From: Tubiluchus corallicola
Taxonomy: Eukaryota; Animalia; Priapulida
NCBI GenBank assembly: GCA_030141605.1
Contig: JAQGDQ010000283.1
Span: 186,001 to 250,000 of the forward strand
Direction of reading: 5' to 3'
Length of the DNA: 64,000 nt
Shown here: positions 26,201 through 48,447 of the stretch, piece after piece
Layout: each line of letters starts with the position of its first letter
Numbering within the stretch: the stretch's first letter is position 1
Program-made: the position numbers and the translations under genes
The notes under the pieces: model-generated
Seen by the model: the letters and a program-made list of their open reading frames with translations, nothing else
What the model was told of the DNA's origin: nothing
Databases searched by the model: none

Positions 26201-29200
26201 TAACATCGGGACCACCTGGTAAGATTTCTCATACATATTTCCATTCCCTTGTTTCTTGTCTCATATACCACCAAATTGCTGATGATGCTCTCGTGCATTT
26301 TTATGACTAGGTGCACATCATCACAGGCCAACACACAAGGGCCGTGGTAAGCTAAAACCTGGGATGATAAGTCGGCCACAGGGAGATTTACGACACATGT
26401 GTCATGTTGGTAGGACCGCAGGCGATGTGTTTGGCGACGTCTCATTCATGACTAATGAGTTGCCGCGACAAGTAGTACAACCTTGTATGTATAAATTACT
26501 GCTATAAACTACTTGCAACACTTCATATTGTGCAAGTAATAAAAATGTATTTTAAAACACGATGATTTCCTTTTCTTGTCTTGGCCACCATTACAAGTGC
26601 TTGTAAGTATCATACTACAAGTTTTTTTCTTTTAGACTTGCAGAACTATTTGTGCTGTTCAAATGAAGGCAGCGAGTGCACACTATATGCATTCATGTTT
26701 TTAAATGCAGTGCAGCTCTATCATATTTTTTTTATTAGATTACTAGGTTTCTTTTTCCTTTCCTCTTCTTTTTTCTTTTCATTCAAGTAAATTTGTTTGT
26801 TTAATATTTTAAGTAAGTTTTGACAAGTTAAAATAACTTTCTGCATTAGTAAGATTCTCATCTGCATCCTACCAGTTTTTGTACTGTACCCTATTACTTA
26901 AACTAGCTGGCTGCTTAATGTTTAGCTTGATTTGAAACTTGACTAGCATTAGATATCTTGAACTTATTAGAAAGTGCTGAATTTACGTGAACCTTGCCAA
27001 ATTTCTATGTTAGCATTTTTATCACTAATGTGTTTAATTTCTTAGACAAACCGTCAGATGACCATGAGTCTCCTTCATCAAGGCCTAGCACTCCATCTGT
27101 AGTTGATCCTTCAGATTTGGCACCCTTACTGCCTGACTCAACTTCTATCAATTCACCTGGCTACAATGTAAAACCAAAGGTATGTGTGCACAACAAGCTT
27201 AGCGAGTAGTTTTTCATTACGCAGTTTGCCAAATACGGATATTTGGCTATAATTTGTTTTTGACTGTTGCTTTCATTCTTTTGTTAAATTAATGTTTATG
27301 TTAGAATAAAATTCATAAAAACTGATAATATTTTTTTAGCAACAAGAGTTTAGTAATGATGCTTTCGACACGTCTTCTATGTGCATTGCACAGTATCCCT
27401 CCCAAGAGTTAGATGACCACGCTTACACTGAGATTAGTGATGGAAGTGAGAAAAATTCACCAATTCTGGAGGTACGAAGGCGACCCAAGGTATGCATGCT
27501 ATATTGTTACTAACAAACGTTTGTTATAGTTCCTTATGATATTGGTAATTTGACGGACTGCATAGAAATATAAAGATTACATTACTTGTTTGCATTTCAG
27601 CACGATGTACAGAAAAAATTGCTTCTCTTTAAAATTTTTATCTGCTTTTACTTCTTGTACATCTGAGAGCTTCTATTTTTGTGTTGTTATTCTTTTCTTT
27701 AACCACTTCACTGCCTGTATGACGAGACTCTACCGTCATGCTTAATATGCAAATTAACTGACGCCTACGCCAGTAGCAATAATACTTGCACACGCCACGT
27801 GCAATTGAGGAATCTGGCTTTGAAAACAAAAAGCGTTGGTGTCCTCTGTTGCTTAAAAAGATGATATACAAGCTACAAAACATTCATGACCAAAAACAGC
27901 AAAAATTAGCAAAAAAGGTTGCTGCTATTTTTGAGCTGTCGTCTGCCACGTTGCCACTGCTGCATAGTTTGCCTATACATGTATCTTTGTCGATTTTTTT
28001 GTCCTCAAATGGCCCAGACAAGATGCAGTTTGGCACATATTAGGGACTACCTTGCAGAATTTGGGATTGAGTCATTAGATAATGGTAGGTGAAGCCAGTA
28101 CATACGTGTAATTAGATATGACTATTTCAACATTGTATGGTTGATAAATTGTGTACATCCAAGCTAAAAATTACAGCATTAGGCCTGCCTTTATTTCTTC
28201 TACACACTATAATGGCTATTGGGTCAAACATTTGACAGCACTGCCTCATACATATTTCACAAAAAATTTTGTACAAGATACAACATTCGAATTGTACTGA
28301 TACTGTGAAGGATTTCCTAACTGTATGTGTGTATGCTTGCGTTATGCATATGTGCTTGCGTATGTGTGAATGTTTGTGTGATGTGTGCATACATGTGCAT
28401 GTAAACACATGCATATAAATTAGGCAATATTTGCTCATGTATGTATGCTTGAACGTGCAATGCTTTTTTTAGAATCACAAAGTACGAATTCAAGTGTAGA
28501 GATGATGACGGTGGTGATACTGATGACGATGGTGATGACACTGATGACGATGATGATGATGACGACAATGACATTGACACTAATACTTTTAGAAAAAATT
28601 ACAGTTACAGTATGTTTGTGAATTCAAATCATTTATTTAAATCATTACAAATTTATTTTGTAGCAACACAACAATATTTTGCATATCATAGCATTTTCTT
28701 CCGCTTTTCTTTCTTTTCTGCTTTCCCTTCCTCTTTTTTCTCAGCATTCTTCATCATTCTCATAAGTTTGCTAATACATCGATGAGAGATGGTAGCAACA
28801 ATGACACTAGTAGTAGCACACACAGGTGGCACAGCAGCAGCAGCAACACAGTTCACATTTTGTTTGCCTTTCTGTTCATGTATTTGTGTGCTATAGTTGA
28901 TTTCAATGTTTTCAGGCCCTAAGCTCCTATAAGGTGCAGGCTCTAAGCTGCTATAATCAGGCTATAAACTGCAATTTTTTCTTATTTCATCAACATTTGT
29001 TGTAGCTCTAAAATCCCAACTAAAAAGCTCCAGTTTCCACCATCTTACCCAGTAGCAGTGGGGCATCGGTTTCATTTTCATAATTGATTAATCCGATACG
29101 AAATCGATTCGTTAATATACTATAATCGGTTTCAGGTCTTGTTTGTTTATGTGTACACTTCTACACCGTTTGGTGGTGTCCAGTTTTTTATTTGGACTCG

Positions 29201-31862
29201 TGTAGAAACCAAAATACGTCGAAATTTTTGATGAGTGATTGTGTATAATCTTTGTTGTGACCATTGCTGTGAAGCAGCCAAAATGGGAAACTCCATTTTC
29301 CGCTTTTTTTACAAAAAAGCAGGCACACCTTTTATAAAGAAAGCAAATCATGTGCTCATGCTAATGAGAAACTTCTAGTCAAATGAAAACACAGCCAGGA
29401 TAAGTTACTGTGGAGTAGTAGTACAATATTGCTTGATTTTACTCTAATGATGGCTATATTTATCGTACGATTTTTGTGGGTTCTTTGAAAAATAAATGCA
29501 AATGGTGGTGGCAGTGCAAGCGATAACCAAAAAAAGTAATCGATAATCGCAAATATTGGCCCAAATAAGTTATAATCGATTAAATTATTTAATCTGTTCC
29601 ACCACAGTATGGTAATCGTAGCTGTTTCTTTTGTCAATTGTAATTATGTAATTTGCCAATTTAAATTTTTTTAATTTTTTTGCACAATTGCCTTGCATTT
29701 GCTAAAATTTGTGTGTATCTCAGCATCATTTTCATGCTGGATTTTATTCGTTGCAGCAAGATTTTCATTTTATGCCATCCTTTGTTGACGAAGTTTTTAA
29801 AGCCCTGGATGATAGTTTTGAACAAGAAGAACAGTACACTTCACGCGACAGAGACTCAAATTCGTCAGCAACCTTCGGTGCACAGGCATCTGTAGACGAA
29901 GTTGAAAAGCTCGCAAAAGAAATTGAGATTCGAAAGACGAAAGATCGTCAAGCGGAAGTCAAGGCAATTTCACCGTTAGACGAAAAGCAACTAGAGTCAG
30001 CCATTGCTATTGTAAATAAATATGCTCAGAAAAAGATCAACGGAGGGGAGGAGGAAGAATCGCCTTCTAGACGACGGAAATTCCCTTTAAAACTGAAGCA
30101 CAGCCCCAAAATGGAGCGGCGGAATTTTTCTCGTGAAGTTGCAGCAATACGACCAGACGTACTTCATGACGTAATGGCAATGGATGAGCAGGCCAAAGCT
30201 GCTTATGATGCGTTAGTCACAAGTCGCAAGTCAGACGAGTTGGATTTGAAGAAAACTCATAGTCACGTTAAACCAAAAGTAAAATCAAGACGTAGGTCCT
30301 CGCTGGAACGTACTCCGTCACCTGAAAAAAGTGTATCTTCTCGAGTCGACGTAATCGGCAAAATTAATAAAACTGTCGAAACTGTCCTAAACGGAGAAGA
30401 TTCTGTCTCATTAGACAATGGAATTGTGTTTGAAACTATGAAAAGTGACTCACTTCCAATTGTGCCAGAAAATGAGGATCTTAAATTTGCAGATGATCAT
30501 GTTTTTGGTAGTGATACAGCTGACCAAAAGTCAGTTGTTAACGTTTTGCCATTGCCGCCTCGTAAAAAGACATTACCATTGAACTTGAAGCGACATGAGC
30601 GAAAGTGGCCTTTGCTTTATCCATGCAATTCTGTTCCGAACATACCACCAAAGCCTCTCCCCCGAAAATCTCTTTCGCAAAGATCGTCAAGCTGTGGCGA
30701 CGAGATTGACTTAGATGCTGCCAACCTTGCTAGATTAGCTGGTCAGGACAGAACATACACAGCAGAAGAACTAGGCATATACGACAATCGTGATTATTTC
30801 TGGAGTGATAAGTTAGACTTACCAACTATTGATGAAGATGGAAACTTTGGTAAATACATCTTGTTTTTAAATTTTAACGTATGTGGCCACAGTGTATGCT
30901 TTGTCTCCTAAGTCAAGCAATCCCAAAGGCTGGTGGGTAGTAAGTAAATTGATTGCATGAATGGCCAGATATGGTTAAGACTATCCTGTCACCGAGTTCT
31001 GAATTGCAGAAACAACTGTACGTGCTAAATTTGGCAGATAAATACACTGTATAACTGGTCTTATAAAATATGTGTACACTGCTTGGTGAAGGTAAATTAT
31101 ATAGTGAATTCTCAATAGTGATTGTAATTCTTTAATTAATTTTTTTTCCTTTATAGAAATCAAACTGGTAACAGGCAAGATCAAACCAGGAATACTCATA
31201 TAAGACTTAAATAAAAGTAAAATAAATTAAAACTGGTGGCTATAGTAACTGTACCTTTTTGATTTTCAGGACTTGAGCCACTCAGTCCCGACAGTTTTTC
31301 TCCAATTCCAGGAAAATACAAATTTGGCGAGCACGTCAGTTATGAAGACCTGTTAGAATTTGCACTTGATAATCCAACTTCATCTGCTAGACGGGCACAA
31401 GGAAAGGCGCAGGGCATTCACAGCGATGAAGTACGAATCATGCAGAAAGTGCTTTCATATCAGGCATGTAATAATAATATTTTGAAAATGTTGTAAAACT
31501 CACTGCTTGATCTTTTGTATTTACATTAGTAGTCACAAGCATCCTGAGCAAGCAATGTTCTTTGTGAATTTTGCATGGTAACAATTTTCAAGAGCAACTG
31601 AAAGATAGGAAAATATAAATTTTGATATGTCACATTTTTATATTTCTAGGTAAGTGGTGAAGATTGTCTTCTGGCTTTGAATGAAACAAACTGGAATATA
31701 CACAATGCTATCAAATACATGAAGCTACAGCAATTGCTTCGCACACAGCTAAGTGATGTAGAAACCTGTAAAAAGACTTTATTGTCATGCAATTGGGATG
31801 TGGAGAAGGCAGCAAATTATCTCTTATCTTTAAAGAATGCTGATGACATTAGTGAGTGCTAA
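17221..31862 (+). CDS. Ack-like: Activated Cdc42 kinase-like (Ack-like/PR2, TNK2 family) tyrosine kinase, 16 coding exons, 1133 aa
   Basis: Exons: 17221-17376, 18298-18411, 20284-20493, 20920-21069, 21659-21850, 22169-22266, 22902-23028, 23515-23664, 24594-24697, 26076-26218, 26311-26484, 27046-27179, 27340-27489, 29757-30849, 31270-31463, 31650-31862 (3402 nt, in frame). SAM-like N-terminus, [31 protein letters not shown]3 (GDVITVLD...WKG...GKTGLF), CRIB ([15 protein letters not shown]), C-terminal UBA-like repeats ([20 protein letters not shown]). Start ATG uncertain. Confidence 0.92.
17850..18194. mobile_element. hAT-like MITE in Ack-like intron
   Basis: TIRs TAGGGATGAGTAT / ATGCTCAACCCTA with subterminal GATTC repeats; 8-bp flanks match only 5/8 (ctgcaaac / gtggaaat). 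Confidence 0.65.
19469..19670. mobile_element. Possible Helentron-associated (HINE-like) short element
   Basis: gctttcgctgcga ... tctcagtgaagc imperfect inverted ends with a tgtgtgcgtctgt tract after the left end; resemblance only. Confidence 0.3.
19751..20045. repeat. Diverged tandem duplication, about 155-bp unit x2
   Basis: ttgcaygtyttgggtgaatta...tcttctc...gcagaaytaagccarttag...tttcttt...cttcta occurs at about 19751 and 19907. Confidence 0.6.
28320..28580. repeat. Low-complexity (TG/TATG) tract followed by (GAT/GAC)n tract
   Basis: Visible directly in sequence; intronic. Confidence 0.8.
29056..29607. mobile_element. Degenerate hAT-like MITE in Ack-like intron
   Basis: Imperfect TIRs cagtggggcatcggtt / aatctgttccaccacag with subterminal aatcg repeats at both ends. 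Confidence 0.5.
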
Positions 31863-34550
31863 CGTTCACAATATTGTAGTTGCTTTTTGGTACTGCTTGA
31901 CTTGTTAGACTGTTACTGTTGTAGTGTATTCAGAAAGATTGAGTCATAATGATTATAAATAATTGCATGTCAGTTGTTACAGAATTTTTGCTTGTTATTC
32001 TATAATTTCATTTTACTGCATGCAATTCCTCTTTCACAAAATATGGCTGGTTAACGCAATTTCCCCAAGTTGCGCGATATAAATGTCCTCAACAACATAT
32101 GTGACTAATACAAGAATAGATTTAAAAATTATAAAAGTATTGAATTTAGCATTCATCACTTGGTTTATAAATTTATACTTTGTATAGCAAATATATACTT
32201 TGTTTTACAATATAACGGATTTCAACTCGAGTTTTCGTCATGTGCGAACATGTGTCGATATTGTTTCCCAGTTAAGATCCAAAATAAAACTTTGGAACAA
32301 GTTCTAAACATTGTCTATTTAATTTGGCCCGTGTTAAACAAATATACATCAGGTTAATGACAGATATTATTCAATTTCACTCACCATATAATAACATAAT
32401 ATGTATGATATATAGCTGTTATTTTACTGTACATTACAGTTGGATAGTTTTTCGTTACTTATGATTGGATACTATCCTTAGTTTCTAAATAATGTCTATA
32501 GCTTTTATACTGTCAATGTTGTTTTGGACTTTTATAATAGACGTTTTAATTAAAATCTTGAATTATTATTTATAGAACGGATTTTAATTGTTTTCATTTC
32601 AGCTTTGGGTGATTGGTTTGATTGCCAATTTCACATTGCATACTTTTGTAGGTATCTGCAGCAATTACATCTGTTGTGTTTTTGGCACCTAAAATACATT
32701 CCTCATTTTGCACATGGTAAAATCTGTGTGTTATCATTAGTGTTTTGAAGTATATTCTAGTGAGTTCACTTTACTCTGTGCTTCAAGCAGTGCAATACAT
32801 TCTGGTACAGCATTCGTTAACTGCACTAGTTAGTGAGTATTCGTTGCAAAATTGCTGGATAAAATTTCTTTGGATGGCTCGACTACAGTAAGTGCTACAA
32901 GATGTTGAAGGTTGTATTTGGTATTACTGCAAAATTTTCTTGTTTCATATTGTGGAACCACTCCTTGTGTTGAGGAAAAATCCAAGTCACCAAATTCAGA
33001 TCTGCAAGTTTTTAATGAATGACTGTGAGCTTTGGTTTGTGATTTAATACTCAGAAGCTAAATGAATACTAATGGTTCAAATGTGCCTGACACTTAGCAT
33101 AATTATAACGAATCAAGATTTCTTACATCTAATTTATTATCAAGTCTCCTAATATTGTTATAATAATCCAAATGTTACATTATTTGTAGTTAACTACTGT
33201 CAGTGAAATTGCTAAAGTTGAAACCATCAACTGTATAGTTATGCAAGTTGGTGTAAGTTTTCTTATCTGCAGTGTCATCCTTACAAAGTTTAGCCTCATC
33301 ATTTTTCAGCCTTCAAATATTTTCTTGTAAAAATAATACAGTAAGTCTTTGTCAAATTACCAGCTGCTGTTTTATTGAGTTTCATAGGTTATATTGTATA
33401 GATATGTTTTAAAGGCTAAAGCAAGTTCTCTGCTGGTTTTGGAAACTATACGTATCCATGCTGAGCTCTGTTGCAATTTGAAATATTTTTCTACTTATGC
33501 TTAATGTTTGTTTGTTGAGATTCCTGTATATGTGTTTATACCCTGAAAATATTTTTTCTACCATTTTTCATTTATTTACAGTTGATATGAGAGTTTATAA
33601 GCTGTTTTAGCTAGCTTCAGTATGGTAGAATATGTAACGTTTTAGAATATATATATATAGTTTATTATAATCATTGTACATAAAATTTCCGACGACTGCA
33701 TATCATCGTGTATATTTTTATTTTCACAGTAAAATTTTAGGCCAAAACTGTTATCTCATTTAGCTTAGTTTTATTTAGAAATAAGTGTACTATAGATTTT
33801 TAATTGATTATTGACACAAGTCTAAGCCTTATTGTTCATCCACTTTACTACTGCAATACCCAGTTATTTGTACATTCTGTATTTACAGTTGCACCTTTAG
33901 ATGCAGCCATAAAAAGCAGGTCTTGGTGTTTATTTTTGAATGTACTAGAACTTAACTCTCACCAAATGATAGTGTTACTGTTTGTACTAGTTGAGCATTT
34001 TATTCATATTGGATATTCAGTGCAGTTGATGGACATTTAATATACAATTTGATGGAAATTTACTCACAAAAATGGTTTATTATTTAAAATTTTATTTTGC
34101 TTGCAAAATCAAAAAAATTCAATAGTAAACTGTTTTTCTGACTGCATATGCTTGCCAAAAAGTGATTGTTTTTGTTGTAAGTATATCTGTTACAAATCAC
34201 TGCGTATTACAGTGACATGCATTTTATACACCCGGATACACTGAGATCTAGACATAATAACAACTGTAATGATCAATGCATAACATTTCAGGCATCACTT
34301 TGTACTAAATTCATTTCAAGCCATATCATGGATACAGTAATGACGAGCTGGGTTGCACTTTATTGTTTTAATTATAGTATAGTATATTATTATAGTAAAA
34401 CAGTTTTTGTAATAACGCAATAAACTGATGGTAAAACATAAATTTGCTGCGTGTTAAACTACTTTTTATTCAAAACTTGTTGCAAGTCAAATAAATAACA
34501 CTTCTCTATGAAGGAATAATGCAGATAAAATACTCAAGACGAACAAAATT

Positions 34551-43287
<8,737 letters not shown>

Positions 43288-43867
43288 TCTGAAAACTGCA
43301 AGATTAAAATCACAACAAAAATGCTTAAACTTGGAAATTCAACAATGGAAATATTCACAAATTTCTACAGAAATCAGTAGCATGAGTACTGTGTACTATT
43401 TTTACAAAAAACGCCGAATCATTTTAACAAGTGAACGACTCAACTTGTTCCACCTGGCGGAGAATGTACTAAGTATTTGTATAAACAAAAGTTAATTCCG
43501 TAAGTATTTTCAGGACAATTGAAAAAGAATTAATTTTTTGGCTCATAAAATAATCAATTCATTTTAGAAATGCCTCTAATTGTTTTTTGTGTAGTTTTGG
43601 ATGTACTTTGACACTAACATTGTTTTACTGCGTACTTACTGATGACCACCTACTTCATATAAATTAAATTATATTGATATCTTGCGACTACCTTCTTTTA
43701 ATAATTCCCAGTTTTCTTCCAGATTGGATAGCCAATATGTGTAAAAACGCTTCAGGTTTATATTATGCACACTTTTATTTAAGCACTGTTATTTGTGGCG
43801 CTAACATAACATTTAAAAACATAAATGATTGTTAACAACATTTAATAAACAAAACATAAACGAATAC

Positions 43868-43905
43868 CTGAATATGCGTGCGTTGTTTGGTTGCCACAGT
43901 ATGTT
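43868..43905 (-). promoter_or_regulatory. Putative non-coding first exon / TSS region of PSMC2
   Basis: Minus-strand donor CAG|GTATTC (exon end 43868) and acceptor TTTTCAG one base before the ATG (43289-43290). Inferred. Confidence 0.4.
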
Positions 43906-44240
43906 ACTCTTAAAAGTGCTTTAGAAAGAACTCAATGGAGGTGTATTAGTCTGGCCTCTGATATTCAACATGACTCTTTATCCTCTCTTGAACAAAGCCG
44001 TGATACTGTAGATCTTCTTAGCTGTTATAAAGTTTTGCATGGTGACAATTTTTTTTCTAAACCATTACATGATTTATGTGGACACAATTCGAAATTATTT
44101 GTACAATACTCTTGCACTAATGTCAGAGCTCACTTCTGCTCTTCTCGTGTTGTGAGCCTTTGGAATTAATTTAATAGTGAAACAGATGACGCATCAAATC
44201 TGCCACAATTTCGCAAATTGTTGAGGAGAGACCGTCAATA
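43895..44240 (+). mobile_element. CR1-like LINE 3' fragment
   Basis: ORF 43891-44169 ends CYKVLHG...LCGHNSKLFVQYSCTNVRAHFCSSRVVSLWN, the typical CR1 ORF2 C-terminus. Confidence 0.75.
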
Positions 44241-44369
44241 ACTGTGTTATGGTTAGCTCTTTTAGACTTTGCAAGCAAGCAAGTGTACAATATTTACATG
44301 AATATAATTGAATATGTTGGTTTCAGCATACTGTAGCCATTCAGTGTTCTCTGTTCCAACCTATTTACA

Positions 44370-44740
44370 TAATATTGTATAGCACCCTTGAATTGGCTCA
44401 CTGTTGATGCATCTACTGCTGCCTGAGGAAGCTCATTCCAAGCATTTACAATTCTTTGACTAAAAAAAGAATTTTCTCAGATCCAGATGAGCCCATTCCT
44501 TGTGTATTTGCATATTGTAGTGCCTTGATGACCTATTTGATTTCCAGAACTCAAAGAAGTTTCCACAGTCAACTTTGTTAATGCCCTTTACGGACTCGAA
44601 GACTTAAATTAAATCAGCACGAGCTCTTCTAGTAATAAGTGTTAGTAATTTTAGTTGACTTAAACAATCACAGTATGGTACGGCTTGCATTCCAAACACC
44701 ATCCGAGTGACTGTTTTCTGGACAGCCTCAATCAAACAAG
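44370..44740 (-). mobile_element. CR1-like LINE 3' fragment, tail-to-tail with the previous one
   Basis: Minus strand reads HLDLRKFFF / SQRIVNAWNELPQAAVDASTVSQFKG across a frameshift. Confidence 0.75.
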
Positions 44741-45461
44741 TAAAAAGGCAATGTAATCAGTTGTGCTAGTAGCTCAGGCTGTACACTTGGACAAGCTTGT
44801 CTTCTTCAAAAACTCTTTCATGTGACCTTTGAAAGCATTTACACTGAGACGTAACTATTTTGAGACATGGTGGCAAAATTCTGCAATAGTCACCCAACAG
44901 CCACTCCTGTTTATAAAGCATTACTGTTTATTTAGTTAATAGTGCTAATAGTGGCTTATGAGAGACTTGTGTAATTTACAATTATTATAAATATCATAAA
45001 ATCACATTAGTAGCTAAAAAATAAAAAAGTAGTTTTACCTCCAGGATGAATATTTGATCATGCCATTTTGTCCGAGAATTATCCCTTGTCAAAATTCTCG
45101 TGGCTACCCGAAATGGTTAGGGTATAATTGGCTTAAACTCAAATTGTGGATGGATGGTGCATAACGGTATAAGGTCCTAGATTTGGAATGTCAGGGGACT
45201 TATAAATATAGTGGCTATTGCAATAAAATGTTTGAAATCAGCAAATTTGCTTGTTGTATGGTAGCAGGCTTTTCTTGGTTCATGGATCGGGAAAAGTGGA
45301 GTTGAGCTTAGCAAACAGCAAATTCAAAATCAGTTTACCAAATCTAAAGTTAATCTAAATATGTCTAAATCAGAGACTCATGTCTCTGATTGTCCAACAA
45401 AAGTGGAGAGACATCGATCCAAATTTGCTGATTGCCTGTATTTACCGATACTAAGCTAATG

Positions 45462-46030
45462 CAGTAGGCGCCGTGTATTAGACTCATGGTAATGTAGAAT
45501 CAATCACCTTATTGTATCAAAAACGTCTAGTACTGGCCGCTCCTGCGCAAAAGTATATAAAAACTGTCGGCAATTGACTCAAATAATTCCACATAATTGA
45601 CTCTATATTTTTCTGCACATGCTTAAATAAGATACTTTTCTGTGACCATTGAGTTTTTACTATTTTTATGTCGTCTTACTTCGCTTTTTTGCACTATAAT
45701 ATACGTAGAAACAATCATGTTATGAACAGTTTGTTTTGCCTTCATTGTGTGTTAACTGCTCGTCCACTGCAATTAACCTCATTACCCGAGAATTTCTGGA
45801 AGCTGAACATTTACAGTAATACGAGTGCGTATTGTACTGTTTTGCAGGTTAAACTGCTGTTAGAAGGTTAAAGTTTTAATCACTTGTGCAGCAGTTTGCT
45901 TTTGAAACTCTTGCTGGTTTTCATAGAATGTTTAATCAGTTAACTGTTGCTGTTATACCACAGATGTAAGTACTGTACAGTAATCTGCCAGCATTCCTTC
46001 TGACTTGTTTGCATATAAAAATCATAGAGC
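45462..46030. mobile_element. Truncated second copy of the Tigger-like element
   Basis: Begins CAGTAGGCGCCG...GACTCATGG and follows 37463-38000 (aaaactgtc, ttgactcaaataa, tagaaacaatcatgtta, actgcaattaacctc); right TIR not found. Confidence 0.75.
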
Positions 46031-46157
46031 AGCAGTCAGCTCATGAAACAATGGACTGTGTCTGTAGTATGCCAGACTTTTTAACGGATTAGATTTTGTC
46101 TGATTCTTCCGATCTCCTTAAAAGCGAGGTCTGGAAAACCGAGATATAAGTGTAATG

Positions 46158-47141
46158 TAGGGATGCACTGAAACCCGCTTTTCCTGAACCGGTACCGAAT
46201 CTTTCACACCTTTTGTAGACTGAACCGAATTTCTGCAGTTTTTTTTGCCAAAACCGAATTGAGCCAAACGTCACAATTTTTTTTTACTAAAACCGAATTA
46301 AGCCAAATTTCACAAATTCTTTTTACTGAAACTGAATTGAGCCGAAATTGTAATTAATATACATAGTAATAAATTTCAATAGTTACAAGTGGGCCTCAGT
46401 TCAAAATTATGCTTATTCTCACACTTGGAAAGGTAAAGTTTTTTTATTTTGTAATCTCCTTGATATGTTTACAAATTTCATCTTGATGACCCAAACACTA
46501 GATAATCAGTACTTAAATCAGTTTAACAAATGTTCTGCAGATTCTTAATTTTATTTCTAGACTGATCCGCTTCTTTTAAATTTTTTTTTGTTAATTTGGA
46601 ATATGGCAGCTAGCGCTAAGATTTTTCTTCTTAATATATCTTCATCTATTGCTAGAAGATTGTCTAAGCATTTGCATTTTCTCCACGCATCATCTCCATT
46701 CCTTTTTATGTGATACTCTTCTGTGTTATCTTTGCCGATAATTGAACAACTTCAAAGGCATCCAGGCGCATCAGCTCAATCGGTAAAATTTTGAGAAGCT
46801 AGTTCAAGCTACCAGCCTACCACACTCAAATAGTTTTGTTTTTTGAAAAATTGCCGATTGGTTTTGTCAGACTTACTTGTATTGCTTAATGTCGACTTTT
46901 CTCTGACAAATATGACAAATTATAAAATCGAATTTTTTTTACCGGTCACCTGCGAATTTATTTAAATAAACCAAATTGAAACCGAATTTTCCAAAATTTC
47001 TTCCGAATTTCTTAGAAAAAACTTTCGGCCGAAACAAAACTTTACGGAATTTTTTTTCTGCCAAGGAAACGAAACGAACGGAAAATTGGTTTCGGTTCAG
47101 TAACCAAAATCCGGCTGTTTTCAAATTTCGGGGCATCCCTA
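46158..47141. mobile_element. hAT-superfamily non-autonomous element, 984 bp, with perfect TSD
   Basis: TIR TAGGGATGC...GCATCCCTA; identical 8-bp TSD GTGTAATG at 46150-46157 and 47142-47149; many subterminal CCGAA motifs. Confidence 0.92.
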
Positions 47142-48447
47142 GTGTAATGGTACTTTAACTCATCTATATGAAAGTCCAAATGTCTGGTTACACATTTAAA
47201 ATTGATCCCTTTTATCAAATACATATGCTTAAGTCATTTTAGTCAGAGAGGTTGCATCCCACTAGTTTGCATCTCAAGCTAACTGTTCTGATTTGGTGTC
47301 ATATTTCAGCAAAGGCTTTTACTGGTGTACAGGGCTTTACAGTACTGTTGTGGCCTTTCCTGTTTAAACATGTTCCCATTTTTCAAACTATGTTTAAATG
47401 CAACTAGCTGAAACTCTTTTGCTGATAATTCCAGGAAAACTTAAGCTCACTCTTTTATATAACAAATTACTGTAAACTAATTTCAAAATTTCAATTTAAC
47501 GAAATGTTTTATGCAGTTTAGGAGCAAAGGGCTGTGTAACTGAGGAAAGTCAAATGAAATATAAATTTGCTTAAGGTATTTTTGTCTTGTAAAAAGCTAA
47601 ATAGCAACTCATGGTTAACTGAAATGAATTTAACCTAATTAATTGTAATTCTTTAATTTATTACACTCGTTTTCACTCCAATAACTCAGCTTTCAATGGT
47701 GTCCACTAAATTGAACCAGCTGAGAGGTTTCATTTGGTAGATGTATGAAACTTAAATTAATAACGCCAAATTACTAAATTTATAACTATTATTGACATTT
47801 GTCAGCAATTGTTATTTAAAATAACAATGTCTAAATGAAATTGTAGCTACTAATTTATCTCTGTAACTTTGCTTGGTGTCTTACAGTGCTCCCTGTATAT
47901 ATGTAAAATTATAGTTTATGTATAAAAGAAACAAATATTTTTTCATTTTTAATACAAGTACGTCTGCCTAATCTCATTAAACTGTGTTTGCAGGTTATCT
48001 ATTGCAAATAAACAAATTTCTAAGTTCAGTTAAATTGCACTTGAATTGCACAGCTGAAATCAGCATTTTGTATAAAATAAGTTAAATTTAGTTGCTTTAA
48101 TACTGACAGACAACATAATTTATGTATATCAAGTTACTTGAGAAATACGATAACATTTAATTTTTTTCTATCAAGTTTTTTTTCTAAACATAAGTTAAAA
48201 TGAATCTTTCAAGTGTTACTATGGCTAATTAATTTTGTGCACATATGTGCTAAAAACAACTTCTAGAGAGTAGAGATGTTGTTTTCTTTTTACGGTTTGT
48301 TAGTACAGTACATGCTCACCAACTATTTGGCAATAAATCAGAAGCTGTATAAAGTTTTTGCCTGTGCCCAGTAAAACGTCTTTTTACAAAAATCAAAATT
48401 GGTATGTGTTGATAAGAATGGCAGCAAAACATTGTTTCCCAACTGGT

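Noticed and set aside
28473-28609. Asp-rich reading frame between an AG and a GTATGT, as a possible kinase exon
   Set aside because: Phase is incompatible with the flanking phase-0 exons and the compatible frame stops within nine codons; simple repeat.
46089-47224. Short ORFs overlapping the hAT MITE ends
   Set aside because: By-products of subterminal repeats.
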